Source of the DNA: a virus
Lineage: Duplodnaviria > Caudoviricetes
DNA: 64,000 nt
Strand: one strand, 5' to 3'
Virus record (IMG/VR): IMGVR_UViG_2772190661_000001
Location: 1 to 64,000 of that record
Every line of letters starts with the position of its first letter. The stretch's first letter is position 1. Below, in pieces: positions 44,361 through 52,896 of this stretch. A program made the translations under genes and the position numbers. The notes under the pieces are model-generated. The model saw only the letters and a list, made by a program, of their open reading frames with translations, did not search any database and was not told the DNA's origin.

Positions 44361-47318
44361 ATGACCAACACCATCACCGCCCCGGCCACGACAGCCCGGC
44401 CACCGGCGCCCGCGAAGAACGCCCTCCCGGCCGGGGTCGTCATGACCCGGCACTGGCGCGAGACCGACGGCGGCCCGATCGTCAAGCACGACCACGAACG
44501 CCCCGTCGACGACAGCCGCGACCTGCCCGTCGGCGTGTGGTGGCTGTGCCCGGCCTCCGAGACGTGCAAGACCGGCGAGTGGGTGTTCCCCCGCGACGAC
44601 GACCCCGGCATGCCGAAGAAGCAGTTCTGCGCCGACCACGGCGCCCGGCTGCTTCCCGGCCGGGCCGAGGCGTCCGACGGTGATCCGAAAGCCGCTGCAC
44701 GCGGCTGGCTGGAGGGCTGGCTCGCCGACGCGGCCGCCGCTGGCCGCCAGCGGATCGCGGATGCGACAAGCACCCGCATCGCCCAGATCCGCGCGGCCGG
44801 CCGGGCCGAGGCCGAACGTGCCGGCCGGGACCTGCGCGAGCACGTGCCGTCCCTGACCGTGTCCGCCGGCGCGCTCGTCGCGGACTACTCGCTCCTGACG
44901 AACCTCGACACGCTGCCCGGCATCGCGGTCGGCACGTGCCTGGCCGTCGGCGGAACCGTCCTCGCCTACCTGACCGTGTACGCGGGCGAGCTCGTCTACG
45001 CCCGCCGCATGGGCTACACCCTCCGCGAACTGCCCCGGCACCTGCGCGCCCGCGCCCGGTCCCGCGCCCGCTGGATCGCCTCCGGAGTCCTCGCGACCGG
45101 TGTGTGGCTCGTCATCGCCGAGGCGATCGGCGCGGACCTCGCGAACTTCCGCGGGTTCCTCATGTCGATGCTCGGCGCCCTGCTCATCGCCGTCGTCAAC
45201 TACCGGCCGTGGGCCGACATGGTCGCCCGCCGGCAGGCCGCCGCCCGCGCGGCCGCCGTGCACGCCGAAGCGCAGGCACGCGCTGAGGAGGAGCGGATCG
45301 AGGCCGAGCGTGCCGAGACCGCCCGGCAGGAGCACGAGGCCGCCGAAGCGCAGCGTGCCGCGGAGGAGTCCGCGGCCGCCGAGGCACGGAAGATCGCCGC
45401 CGAGCACGACACCCCCGACGACGCCGGCCGGAAGTTCGCCGAGCGTTGGCAGCACGTCATCGCCGCGTCCCGGGCCGCGAACGGCGCCGCCGGATTCGAC
45501 ATCGCCCGGACCGAGGTCGTCGCCGGCCAGACCCGGAAGCTGACCGCCGCCGACGGTGACGGTGAGGTCGTCATCGGCTGGGAGTACCTGGTCAAAGCCG
45601 CACCCGGCGTCCTCACCCCGCGCAACGGGGACGTGTCGCCGTTCGTTGGTATGAAGCGGTGGCTTGCCGACGTCTTGGAGATCGACGTGGCGATGCTCGA
45701 CCTGCAGTACCAGCCGAACCGGGTCGGTGAGGGCGACAAGCCCGAACCGCTGATCAATCACGGCCTCGTCATGATCTCCGAGACGTTCCCGCTCGCGGAA
45801 GCCGTCACGCACCCGGGCGCGAGCGGCGTGTTCGTCGACCGCAAGGGCGTCCGGTGGGCGTTCGCCGGCCGGGGCGTCCGCGGCGAAGGCGTCTACAAGC
45901 GGCACTTCACCCCCGGGCAGGCCGGGGGCGGGAACACCGTCGGTGTGACCGGCACCGGCAAGTCCGTCCTCGTACAGGGCACCGTGTACGGCGACCTGCT
46001 CCTCGGGATCCTGCCGATCCTCCACGACGCGGGCAAGAACGCCATGGACTACGTCGACTTCTACGGCATCGTCCCGGTCGGGCACACCATCGAACACCGG
46101 GAGATCATCCGCGAGTCGCTGTGGGCGGAGATGAAACGCCGCCAGGCGTGGATCAACATGCGGACCACAACCGGTCTCGGCGGCATGGAGGTCGTCGCCG
46201 ACCCGACCTGGGACTGCGACGCTGGCGGCCCGCCGATCCGGGCGATCTGGGACGAGTTCCACATGCACATGAAGGACCCGAAGTTCGTCACCATGCTCAC
46301 CGAGATGGTCCGTCTCCAGCGCGCCACCGCGATCATGGCCGAGACGGCGACGCAGGGCGGCGGCCTGGCCGACATGGGCGACAACAACCTCCGTGAGCAG
46401 CTCAACGAGATCCGCTCCCAGCTCATGCGGGTCACCGACCACACCGCCCGCCTGACCGGCTACACCGGCGGGATCAAGCCGTCCGACCTGCCGACCCTGC
46501 CCGGCATGGTCGTCATGCAGGAGATGCGCGGCACGCCGGTGGCGTACCGGGCCGCGTTCATCCCCCGCGATCCGCAGAACCCGGACTCGCTCGTCTACCG
46601 GATGCGCCGTCCGAACGGTACCCCCGAGGGCGAGCAGATCCTGTTCGCCCCGACCCTGCCGCCGGAGACGATCGCCGTGTTCGAGGAGCACGGGCTGATG
46701 GACCTGTGGGAGCTCGGCAAGACGAAGTCCGGCCGGGAACGCCTGCAGTCCGAGTCCGACCCGGTCGAGTCGACCGCGTTCCCCGCCGACCTCGCCGCCA
46801 TGTTCGGTGCCGCCGGTCAGGGCGTGCAGCCGTCGCAGAAGCCGCACATGCGCGCCGAAGACCTGATCCTGGCCATGCTCAAGCACGAGTCCGACCAAGG
46901 CCGGCCCGGCTTGACCATCGCCGAGATCCAGGAGTCGGCGTGGTGGGTCCACATCGCCGGCCCGTGGTCCAAGAGCGACAGCGGCAGCCCGTCGCACACT
47001 ACGATCGGGCACGCCTGCAAGCGCATGTCCACCGTCACCGACCAGCAGGCCGCAGCCGGTGCGGCACCGCTGGTCGGCAACGACGGCGGCAAACCGGCCG
47101 TCCGCTGGTCTCTGCTCGCCGCCGGCACGGAGCGCGGCGAGCAGATGCTCAACCTGATCCGTTCCACCGGTGCCCTCGGCAAGGAGGGCCGGGCCCAGGC
47201 CGCGGCGTCCGGCATGGACGTCGGCCAGATGGAGCGGGAGGCGATGCTCCGCGCCGAGCAAGAGGCGCTCATCGCCGAGCTTGTCCGCGAGGCCGCCAAG
47301 GCTGCGGGTGGCGCATGA
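44361..47318 (+). CDS. traB: TraB-like FtsK/SpoIIIE conjugal DNA translocase
   Basis: TM bundle, coiled coil, Walker A GVTGTGKS, Walker B IRAIWDEFH, RLQRA..I...ATQ, C-terminal wHTH-like region. Confidence 0.85.
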   Translation: MTNTITAPATTARPPAPAKNALPAGVVMTRHWRETDGGPIVKHDHERPVDDSRDLPVGVWWLCPASETCKTGEWVFPRDDDPGMPKKQFCADHGARLLPGRAEASDGDPKAAARGWLEGWLADAAAAGRQRIADATSTRIAQIRAAGRAEAERAGRDLREHVPSLTVSAGALVADYSLLTNLDTLPGIAVGTCLAVGGTVLAYLTVYAGELVYARRMGYTLRELPRHLRARARSRARWIASGVLATGVWLVIAEAIGADLANFRGFLMSMLGALLIAVVNYRPWADMVARRQAAARAAAVHAEAQARAEEERIEAERAETARQEHEAAEAQRAAEESAAAEARKIAAEHDTPDDAGRKFAERWQHVIAASRAANGAAGFDIARTEVVAGQTRKLTAADGDGEVVIGWEYLVKAAPGVLTPRNGDVSPFVGMKRWLADVLEIDVAMLDLQYQPNRVGEGDKPEPLINHGLVMISETFPLAEAVTHPGASGVFVDRKGVRWAFAGRGVRGEGVYKRHFTPGQAGGGNTVGVTGTGKSVLVQGTVYGDLLLGILPILHDAGKNAMDYVDFYGIVPVGHTIEHREIIRESLWAEMKRRQAWINMRTTTGLGGMEVVADPTWDCDAGGPPIRAIWDEFHMHMKDPKFVTMLTEMVRLQRATAIMAETATQGGGLADMGDNNLREQLNEIRSQLMRVTDHTARLTGYTGGIKPSDLPTLPGMVVMQEMRGTPVAYRAAFIPRDPQNPDSLVYRMRRPNGTPEGEQILFAPTLPPETIAVFEEHGLMDLWELGKTKSGRERLQSESDPVESTAFPADLAAMFGAAGQGVQPSQKPHMRAEDLILAMLKHESDQGRPGLTIAEIQESAWWVHIAGPWSKSDSGSPSHTTIGHACKRMSTVTDQQAAAGAAPLVGNDGGKPAVRWSLLAAGTERGEQMLNLIRSTGALGKEGRAQAAASGMDVGQMEREAMLRAEQEALIAELVREAAKAAGGA

Positions 47319-47346
47319 CCGGCGCGGATGCCGCTACCGTGGACGG

Positions 47347-47577
47347 ATGCCCCGCTACGAGGACAACGCCGTCGGCAACTACCAGCGCGCCGGCGACCGG
47401 CTCAACAACGTCGAGCAGCACGTCGACTCCATCGCCGACCAGATCGCACTCGCCCAAGCCGACCTGCTCCGGTCGGCCGTCGGCTACCTGCACACCCTCG
47501 TCGAGAACACCGGCCGGATCGCGGCCGCACTCGAAGCCCGCAACGACGCCGACACGAAGGCGTCCGCACGCCGCTGA
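47347..47577 (+). CDS. hypothetical protein
   Basis: 76 aa; TACCGT -10 suggests leaderless start. Confidence 0.65.
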   Translation: MPRYEDNAVGNYQRAGDRLNNVEQHVDSIADQIALAQADLLRSAVGYLHTLVENTGRIAAALEARNDADTKASARR

Positions 47578-47598
47578 CCAGCACCGGTCCGGTGCGGC

Positions 47599-48264
47599 AT
47601 GACCACAGCACCGGACCGGCTCTCCTCGGTCGTCCGTCGCGGCATCGTCTACGGGATCACCACCCTGACGCACGAGTGCGCGCTGGCCATGCTCCGCGGC
47701 GAGCCCATCACCGCCGGGACCGAGTTCGGGTATGCGGGCAAGACCCGGCAGCGACTGGCCGCCCGGGAGCGCCAGCACCGCGACACCCAGCCGTGGTCGG
47801 ATCTGATCGTCGGTGAGGCGTTCGTCGTCGAGCAGGGCATGTGGGACGAGCCGGAACTCGACGCCCGCGAACTGGCGGTCATCGCCGGATGGCGGCCGCG
47901 GTACAACATCAGCGGCAACTGGGACAACCCGGGCCGGGTAAAGCCGTGGGATGCGGTCGCGCAGCGCCACGCGCGTGATGATGCGGCGGGCCGGCCTCGG
48001 TGGGTTCCGCCAGTCGAGCGTGCGCCCGTCGTGTTCGCGACGCCGCCGTGGTGGCGGCGCGCGCTGGCCGCTTGGCCTCCATGGTCGGCGAAGCTGGTGG
48101 TATGGGCTGTGGCGTGGCTGCTGCTGTGGGCTCTGGTCCAGGCTGTGCTGACCGAGATGGGAGTGCCGGACAGCGGCGCTCTGGCGGTCCCCGTGTCCGG
48201 CGGCCTGCTCGGGTGGGGCCTACGCCGGGGTGGTGCCCGGTTCGCATGGAAGCGCCGCCGCTAA
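47599..48264 (+). CDS. GIY-YIG-like protein with C-terminal TM helices
   Basis: GIVYG...GYAGKTRQ.LA.RE.QH...E..I...RPRYN plus 2 TM. Confidence 0.75.
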   Translation: MTTAPDRLSSVVRRGIVYGITTLTHECALAMLRGEPITAGTEFGYAGKTRQRLAARERQHRDTQPWSDLIVGEAFVVEQGMWDEPELDARELAVIAGWRPRYNISGNWDNPGRVKPWDAVAQRHARDDAAGRPRWVPPVERAPVVFATPPWWRRALAAWPPWSAKLVVWAVAWLLLWALVQAVLTEMGVPDSGALAVPVSGGLLGWGLRRGGARFAWKRRR

Positions 48265-48292
48265 CCTACCGACCCTTGATCGGCTGAACGTA

Positions 48293-48327
48293 CGAGCCCG
48301 GCCCGGAAACTCCTCCGGCCGGGCTCG
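48293..48327 (+). terminator. terminator-like hairpin
   Basis: CGAGCCCGGCC / GGCCGGGCTCG. Confidence 0.6.
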
Positions 48328-48398
48328 CACCGTCTCATCCTGGAGTGCGTCCCTCGGGCTGCTGGCGCCCGCATCTCTCCCGGACGGGAGTGTTCCCC

Positions 48399-48818
48399 AT
48401 GACCTACCGCGCGTACGTCACGCCCCGCGGCGACGACGAGCCGCTCATCATCTTCGGCTCCGTCACGGATCGGCGCGCCGATCTCAAAGCGATCGCGCAG
48501 AGTTGCGGGTTCGACCCGACCAATCAGAGCCACAAAACTCTGGTCACGGTCGATCTGCTCGACGACCCGCGATCGCTTCGTCTCGCGAACGGGCACTGGA
48601 CGGTGCTCGGCCCGAACGCTTTCTTCATGCAGCGCTACTGGGAGATGGCGGAGGGGCGTGCGCTGCAGGGCCACGCTCCGACGCTACCGATCAAGATCGT
48701 GTTCGGGCCGTTGTCTGCTGCCCAACCGGACCTGGCCGAGCACCAGGACGGAATCATCGGCCGCGCCGTATTGACGAGTCACATGGACGGCATTCACGAC
48801 GACCTGAGGCTTCCCTGA
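48399..48818 (+). CDS. hypothetical protein
   Basis: GGGAG RBS, 139 aa. Confidence 0.65.
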   Translation: MTYRAYVTPRGDDEPLIIFGSVTDRRADLKAIAQSCGFDPTNQSHKTLVTVDLLDDPRSLRLANGHWTVLGPNAFFMQRYWEMAEGRALQGHAPTLPIKIVFGPLSAAQPDLAEHQDGIIGRAVLTSHMDGIHDDLRLP

Positions 48819-49001
48819 CCCCCGGTCGGCCGTCAGATGATCGGCGGATGCTGATTCGTCCGATCAACCATGGTCGTTGTGTCGCTCCCCGACTGGCACG
48901 CACGAGCGTGCCAGCATGATCGGTAAGCCCGGGTGTACGGCTGGCCGCCCGGCACGCGGCCACCCCCGCCGCACACCCGGGCCAACCCTGGGGAGGGCAA
49001 C

Positions 49002-49292
49002 ATGGACGAACCGAGCTGGTGCGACCCGCAGCAGTGCACCGCACACGAACAGGACTTCCCACCCGGCCGGGCCGCACACCGATCCGCGCCACAACTCATC
49101 GAAGGCACGACCGGCCGGGTCTCACTCCAGATCGTCCAACGCGCCAGCATGGACGGCCCGCACCTGGTCGCCGGCGTCACCGCGACAGGGCCCGGCGGCA
49201 GCTCCCAACACCTCGCCGTGCACCTGCCCATCAGTCAGGCACCGCACCTCGAGGCGGCGATACATCACCTGGCCGCGGCCGCCGATGCCTGA
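49002..49292 (+). CDS. hypothetical protein
   Basis: PSWCD...C.......HRS motif; GGAGG RBS. Confidence 0.7.
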   Translation: MDEPSWCDPQQCTAHEQDFPPGRAAHRSAPQLIEGTTGRVSLQIVQRASMDGPHLVAGVTATGPGGSSQHLAVHLPISQAPHLEAAIHHLAAAADA

Positions 49293-49446
49293 CCCGGACG
49301 TGCGCGACGAACGGGCATGGTGGACGGTCTCGCCGAACGCGATTCCGTACCGGCCGCCGGCACCCGGGCGCGACGAAGCGCCCCGCCCTCGGCCCGAAGG
49401 CCAAGAGCGGGGCGAACGAAAGATGGGCAACGAGCCCGGGGCGTGA

Positions 49447-49779
49447 CTACTCCAGCAGCGCCGGCCGCGGGCGGGGATCCCGGCCGGTCACGCCGACGTT
49501 CGCCTGCACGAACCCGGCCACACCCGTCGGGCTCCACAACCCGAAGTGCATCGCGACCGCGACCATGAACGTGCCAAGCCACGTCAGGCCGACCGTGCCC
49601 CAGCCGAACACCTGCGCGGTGTTCAAGGCGACCAGGTACTCGGTCAGGAACCCGGACACCGCGGACAGCAGCGCGAGCAGCACCGCCTTGACGCCCGGAC
49701 TGGTCGACTTGGACGTGACGACGCCGACGAGGATCGGCAGAATGATGCCGACCACCAGGGAAAGGATCTGCACCTGCAC
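49447..49779 (-). CDS. putative holin
   Basis: Three TM helices; LPILVG.VT...S.GVKAVLL...HFGLW.PTGV. Confidence 0.8.
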   Translation of the reverse strand: MQVQILSLVVGIILPILVGVVTSKSTSPGVKAVLLALLSAVSGFLTEYLVALNTAQVFGWGTVGLTWLGTFMVAVAMHFGLWSPTGVAGFVQANVGVTGRDPRPRPALLE

Positions 49780-49822
49780 GGCAGGCCTCCAATCGGTGTA
49801 AGAGCAGCGCTACGCTGCCGGA

Positions 49823-50191
49823 ATGAAAGATCAGGTCCGGGTCGGGCAGTGGTGGTGCAACACCTGCGGCAGCACCGTCACCCCGCGCTGGAACGAGGTC
49901 GTTCCGACCTGCCCCGCCTGCACGGCGATGCCGCTCGAAGTCGTCGACGGGCCGCAAGGCGTCATCTACCGCGAACCGACACCAGCCCGATGCGACACCG
50001 GACACCCGCTCGGCCCGGGGACCGTGTTGCTCGGCTGGACCGGATGCGGCTGCAACCCCGCCCACGGACACCGATCCTGGGCTTGCCAGGCCGCGGGCTG
50101 CGGCGACGTGCAAATGTGGCCGCCACACCGGCCGGTCGACGACGCCCCGTACTTTGGGCCCGGCCGCGACGATGCGTGGCGGGCCGGCTAA
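49823..50191 (+). CDS. double zinc-finger protein
   Basis: CNTC..CPAC; C..GH...CGC...H...C...C. Confidence 0.7.
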   Translation: MKDQVRVGQWWCNTCGSTVTPRWNEVVPTCPACTAMPLEVVDGPQGVIYREPTPARCDTGHPLGPGTVLLGWTGCGCNPAHGHRSWACQAAGCGDVQMWPPHRPVDDAPYFGPGRDDAWRAG

Positions 50192-50580
50192 GCCCGCCCG
50201 TTCTGCTGCTGCCCGCGGGCGACGAGAAGCCGCAAATGCTCGAGCGTCGCGTCCGGGGCCAGGATCGCCGTCCGTAACTGATGCAGTTCCGTCGCGAGCG
50301 CCCGCGCCTCCGCCGTCACCCGCTCCATCTGCTCCTGCGCCGCCGACATCTGCTCCCGGGCCTTCGACGCCTGCACCTGCGCCGCCTCGGCCTGCGCCTG
50401 CGCGGACTCGGCCGCCTTCTCGAACTTCCCGATCCACTCCATCGCCGTGCCCGTGATCACCTGCGCGGCGTCCGCGCGAGTCTTACGCCGGCCGAACGCC
50501 GCATTCAACAGCGCCCCGAGCCCGCCCAGCCCGCCGACCACCGCGACCGCGAGCATCAGCCACTCCGCCGTCCCGTTCAC
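50188..50580 (-). CDS. TM plus coiled-coil lysis-cassette protein
   Basis: N-terminal TM, RK..ADAA, long coiled coil. Confidence 0.8.
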   Translation of the reverse strand: MNGTAEWLMLAVAVVGGLGGLGALLNAAFGRRKTRADAAQVITGTAMEWIGKFEKAAESAQAQAEAAQVQASKAREQMSAAQEQMERVTAEARALATELHQLRTAILAPDATLEHLRLLVARGQQQNGRA

Positions 50581-51035
50581 CGGTCGCCGTCCTCGACCAG
50601 CAGCGGTATGAACTCCGCCCGCCGTGCCCGGTCCACACGCCGCAGGTCCAGGACGATCTGGACAACACGCGCCCACCCGCCGACCGCGATCGCCGCCACG
50701 AACCCGCCCGCGACCAGCGCCGCCCAGCCGCTGACCGTGAACACCGCGATCACGTACATCGTCACGCCGCCCGCCAGGAGAAGCACGCCGGCCATCTCCA
50801 CCCGCAGGCCCGTCTCGACCCGGCCCCGCCACCACGCCCCGACCAGCGAGACCAGGCCCGCGGCGGCGAGCATCGTCATCCACACCACGATCAGCTCGTG
50901 CGGCATCGTCTTCTCCGCCGACTTCGGCACCTGCCCCGTCGTGGCCAGGACCAGGCCGACGAATATCGTCGCCACCATGATCGCGGCCTCGAACGGGTGC
51001 CGGCCGCTGGTCACCTGGATAGGGCGGGACGTCAC
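50577..51035 (-). CDS. four-TM lysis-cassette membrane protein (holin-like)
   Basis: GRHPFE plus four TM helices; coupled to endolysin. Confidence 0.8.
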   Translation of the reverse strand: MTSRPIQVTSGRHPFEAAIMVATIFVGLVLATTGQVPKSAEKTMPHELIVVWMTMLAAAGLVSLVGAWWRGRVETGLRVEMAGVLLLAGGVTMYVIAVFTVSGWAALVAGGFVAAIAVGGWARVVQIVLDLRRVDRARRAEFIPLLVEDGDR

Positions 51036-52072
51036 GCCCGCGCCTCGTCCAGGCCGCCCAAGACCCGGCGCAGCGCGGTCTCCTGCGCGGCGACGAGCGC
51101 ATCCGGCGCCACCTGCCCGACCAGCTGCTGCCCGACCGCGGCGACCAGGAGCGGGGCGAGCTCGGACGCGATCTGCGCCCGCATCGCATGCAGCACCTGC
51201 AGCTGCTCGGCCGCCCGCTGGTCAATCCGGGCCAGCACCTCCGCCGCGCCCGCCCGGCCCTGGACCGCGGTCAGGATCGCCTCGTCGCGGAGCTTCTGCC
51301 GACCCGCCTCCGCCTGCCAGTCCTGGGCCATCGCCAGCAGCAGCATCAGCGGAGAGCCGCCCTGCGGCAGGTTCACGATCCCGGGAGTCCCGACCCGCTG
51401 GGTCAGGAAGTCACGCAGGTTCGAGTCGTCGACGACCCACTGGCCGACCGTCCGGCCGGGGTTGGACGTGGCTCCGGGGAGCCGGTCGGTGAACTGCATG
51501 GTCGCTCCTGTGCTGGTGATGATGGTGCGGGCCCGCCACGCCTCCAGGGTTTCGCCGCGCAGGATCGACAGGATCCGGTCGGCGAGGTCCGGGAGGGTCA
51601 CGAACCTACGGATGATCGACCCGTGCAAATGCCAGAGATGGCTGTCGTCCCGGCCCGAATCCGGGCCCGCATCAGCGCCGACACCCAGCGCCCGCCCGCC
51701 GGTCAGGACGTAGCAGTAGACGACCCGGCTGTCCTTCGTCCCGATGAACTCCCGCAGAATCGGCCGGCCCGCCACGTACAGCCGTGAGTCCCGGGCGCGG
51801 GCCGCCACGTCAAGCCGGGAGGTGTAGAGCCGCATCGCCGCCGCCGACATCGTGAAGTCGAACGCCGCCGCCTTGTCCTTCGGCCCGGCCAGGTCGTCCG
51901 CCAGCTGCAGCGAATAGTCGTCCTCGTCGAGACGGGACGGCCACGAGTGGTAGCCGGGCTTCTCCGCGACGATCCCGCCGAGGACCGCGGTCGGTTCCAG
52001 TCCGTCCATGCCGATCCACAGCTGCCACACCGGCTCGGTGATCCGCAGCGGGTTCGGGTTCCGTGCCGCCAT
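51032..52072 (-). CDS. endolysin (zinc peptidase-like)
   Basis: LGGI..KPGYH...YS...AFD...DSHLWHLH; lies between tail and holin genes. Confidence 0.75.
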   Translation of the reverse strand: MAARNPNPLRITEPVWQLWIGMDGLEPTAVLGGIVAEKPGYHSWPSRLDEDDYSLQLADDLAGPKDKAAAFDFTMSAAAMRLYTSRLDVAARARDSRLYVAGRPILREFIGTKDSRVVYCYVLTGGRALGVGADAGPDSGRDDSHLWHLHGSIIRRFVTLPDLADRILSILRGETLEAWRARTIITSTGATMQFTDRLPGATSNPGRTVGQWVVDDSNLRDFLTQRVGTPGIVNLPQGGSPLMLLLAMAQDWQAEAGRQKLRDEAILTAVQGRAGAAEVLARIDQRAAEQLQVLHAMRAQIASELAPLLVAAVGQQLVGQVAPDALVAAQETALRRVLGGLDEARA

Positions 52073-52329
52073 CAGCCCTCCCCTGCGGCCGCGATCACGT
52101 CGTACTCGTCACCAAGCGCCGCGTGCAGGGCGCCGACCTCGGAGTACCAGCGGTTGTCGCCGGCATGCCCGCCCGGGTCGACCCGCCACACCGACCCGTC
52201 CCACCGGTAGACCCAGGCCATGTGCCGGGGCTTGTCGACGAGGACGAACCCGGCAGGGAACCGCGACAGCTGGATCTGGCCGTGCAGCGGCCCACCCATG
52301 CAGGCCGCTTCGTAAGGCTGCTCGGGCAT
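52072..52329 (-). CDS. hypothetical phage protein
   Basis: CMGGPLHG motif; GAGGGG RBS. Confidence 0.7.
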   Translation of the reverse strand: MPEQPYEAACMGGPLHGQIQLSRFPAGFVLVDKPRHMAWVYRWDGSVWRVDPGGHAGDNRWYSEVGALHAALGDEYDVIAAAGEG

Positions 52330-52340
52330 GACCACCCCTC

Positions 52341-52859
52341 TCAGTTGATCAGCGAGCGGTAGAGGGACACCTCGAAAACGCACGTGATCGTGGACGTCTC
52401 GCTGCCGGTCCCGAGCATGTTCAGCGCGCCGCCGGACGTCTGCCAGCCGAACAGCTCCACGAAGTCCGTCGTGCCGTTGCACTCGATCAGCCGCTGCACC
52501 GACACGGACATCGGCGTCGCCGTCAGGTTCGCGATCCGCTCCGACGGCGCCATCAACGTCCCGTTCCGGGCGATGATCGCCCGCCGTTCCCCCGTCGCAT
52601 TCGACGCCCACCACACCGTCCCCTGGCACAGATACGTGCCAGGCACCGACGGCGTCACCCTGGACGGGTTGACGGTCGTCGAATGAAAGTCGTGGGTGTC
52701 GTACACCTCCACCGACGTGCCGCCGAAAACGACCGGGAACCCTGACCCGGACGTCGGATGGGACTGGTCAGCGCCCAGGATCAACCTGGTCACCGGCCGG
52801 TCCGCCATCAGATTCAGGCGGGCCGGGGTCAACTTCATGCCGGCGAGAAACGTCGCCAT
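52341..52859 (-). CDS. minor tail protein
   Basis: F.AG.KLT.ARLN N-terminus plus beta-sandwich (D.HDFH...NPSR.T...PG.Y...NG.TDFVEL). Confidence 0.8.
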   Translation of the reverse strand: MATFLAGMKLTPARLNLMADRPVTRLILGADQSHPTSGSGFPVVFGGTSVEVYDTHDFHSTTVNPSRVTPSVPGTYLCQGTVWWASNATGERRAIIARNGTLMAPSERIANLTATPMSVSVQRLIECNGTTDFVELFGWQTSGGALNMLGTGSETSTITCVFEVSLYRSLIN

Positions 52860-52896
52860 CGCCAGCCTCCTATCGAAGCCGGGATGGACGGGAAGG

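Noticed and set aside
44106-47261. 1051-aa minus-strand ORF
   Set aside because: Antisense shadow of traB caused by high GC3; no recognisable motifs.
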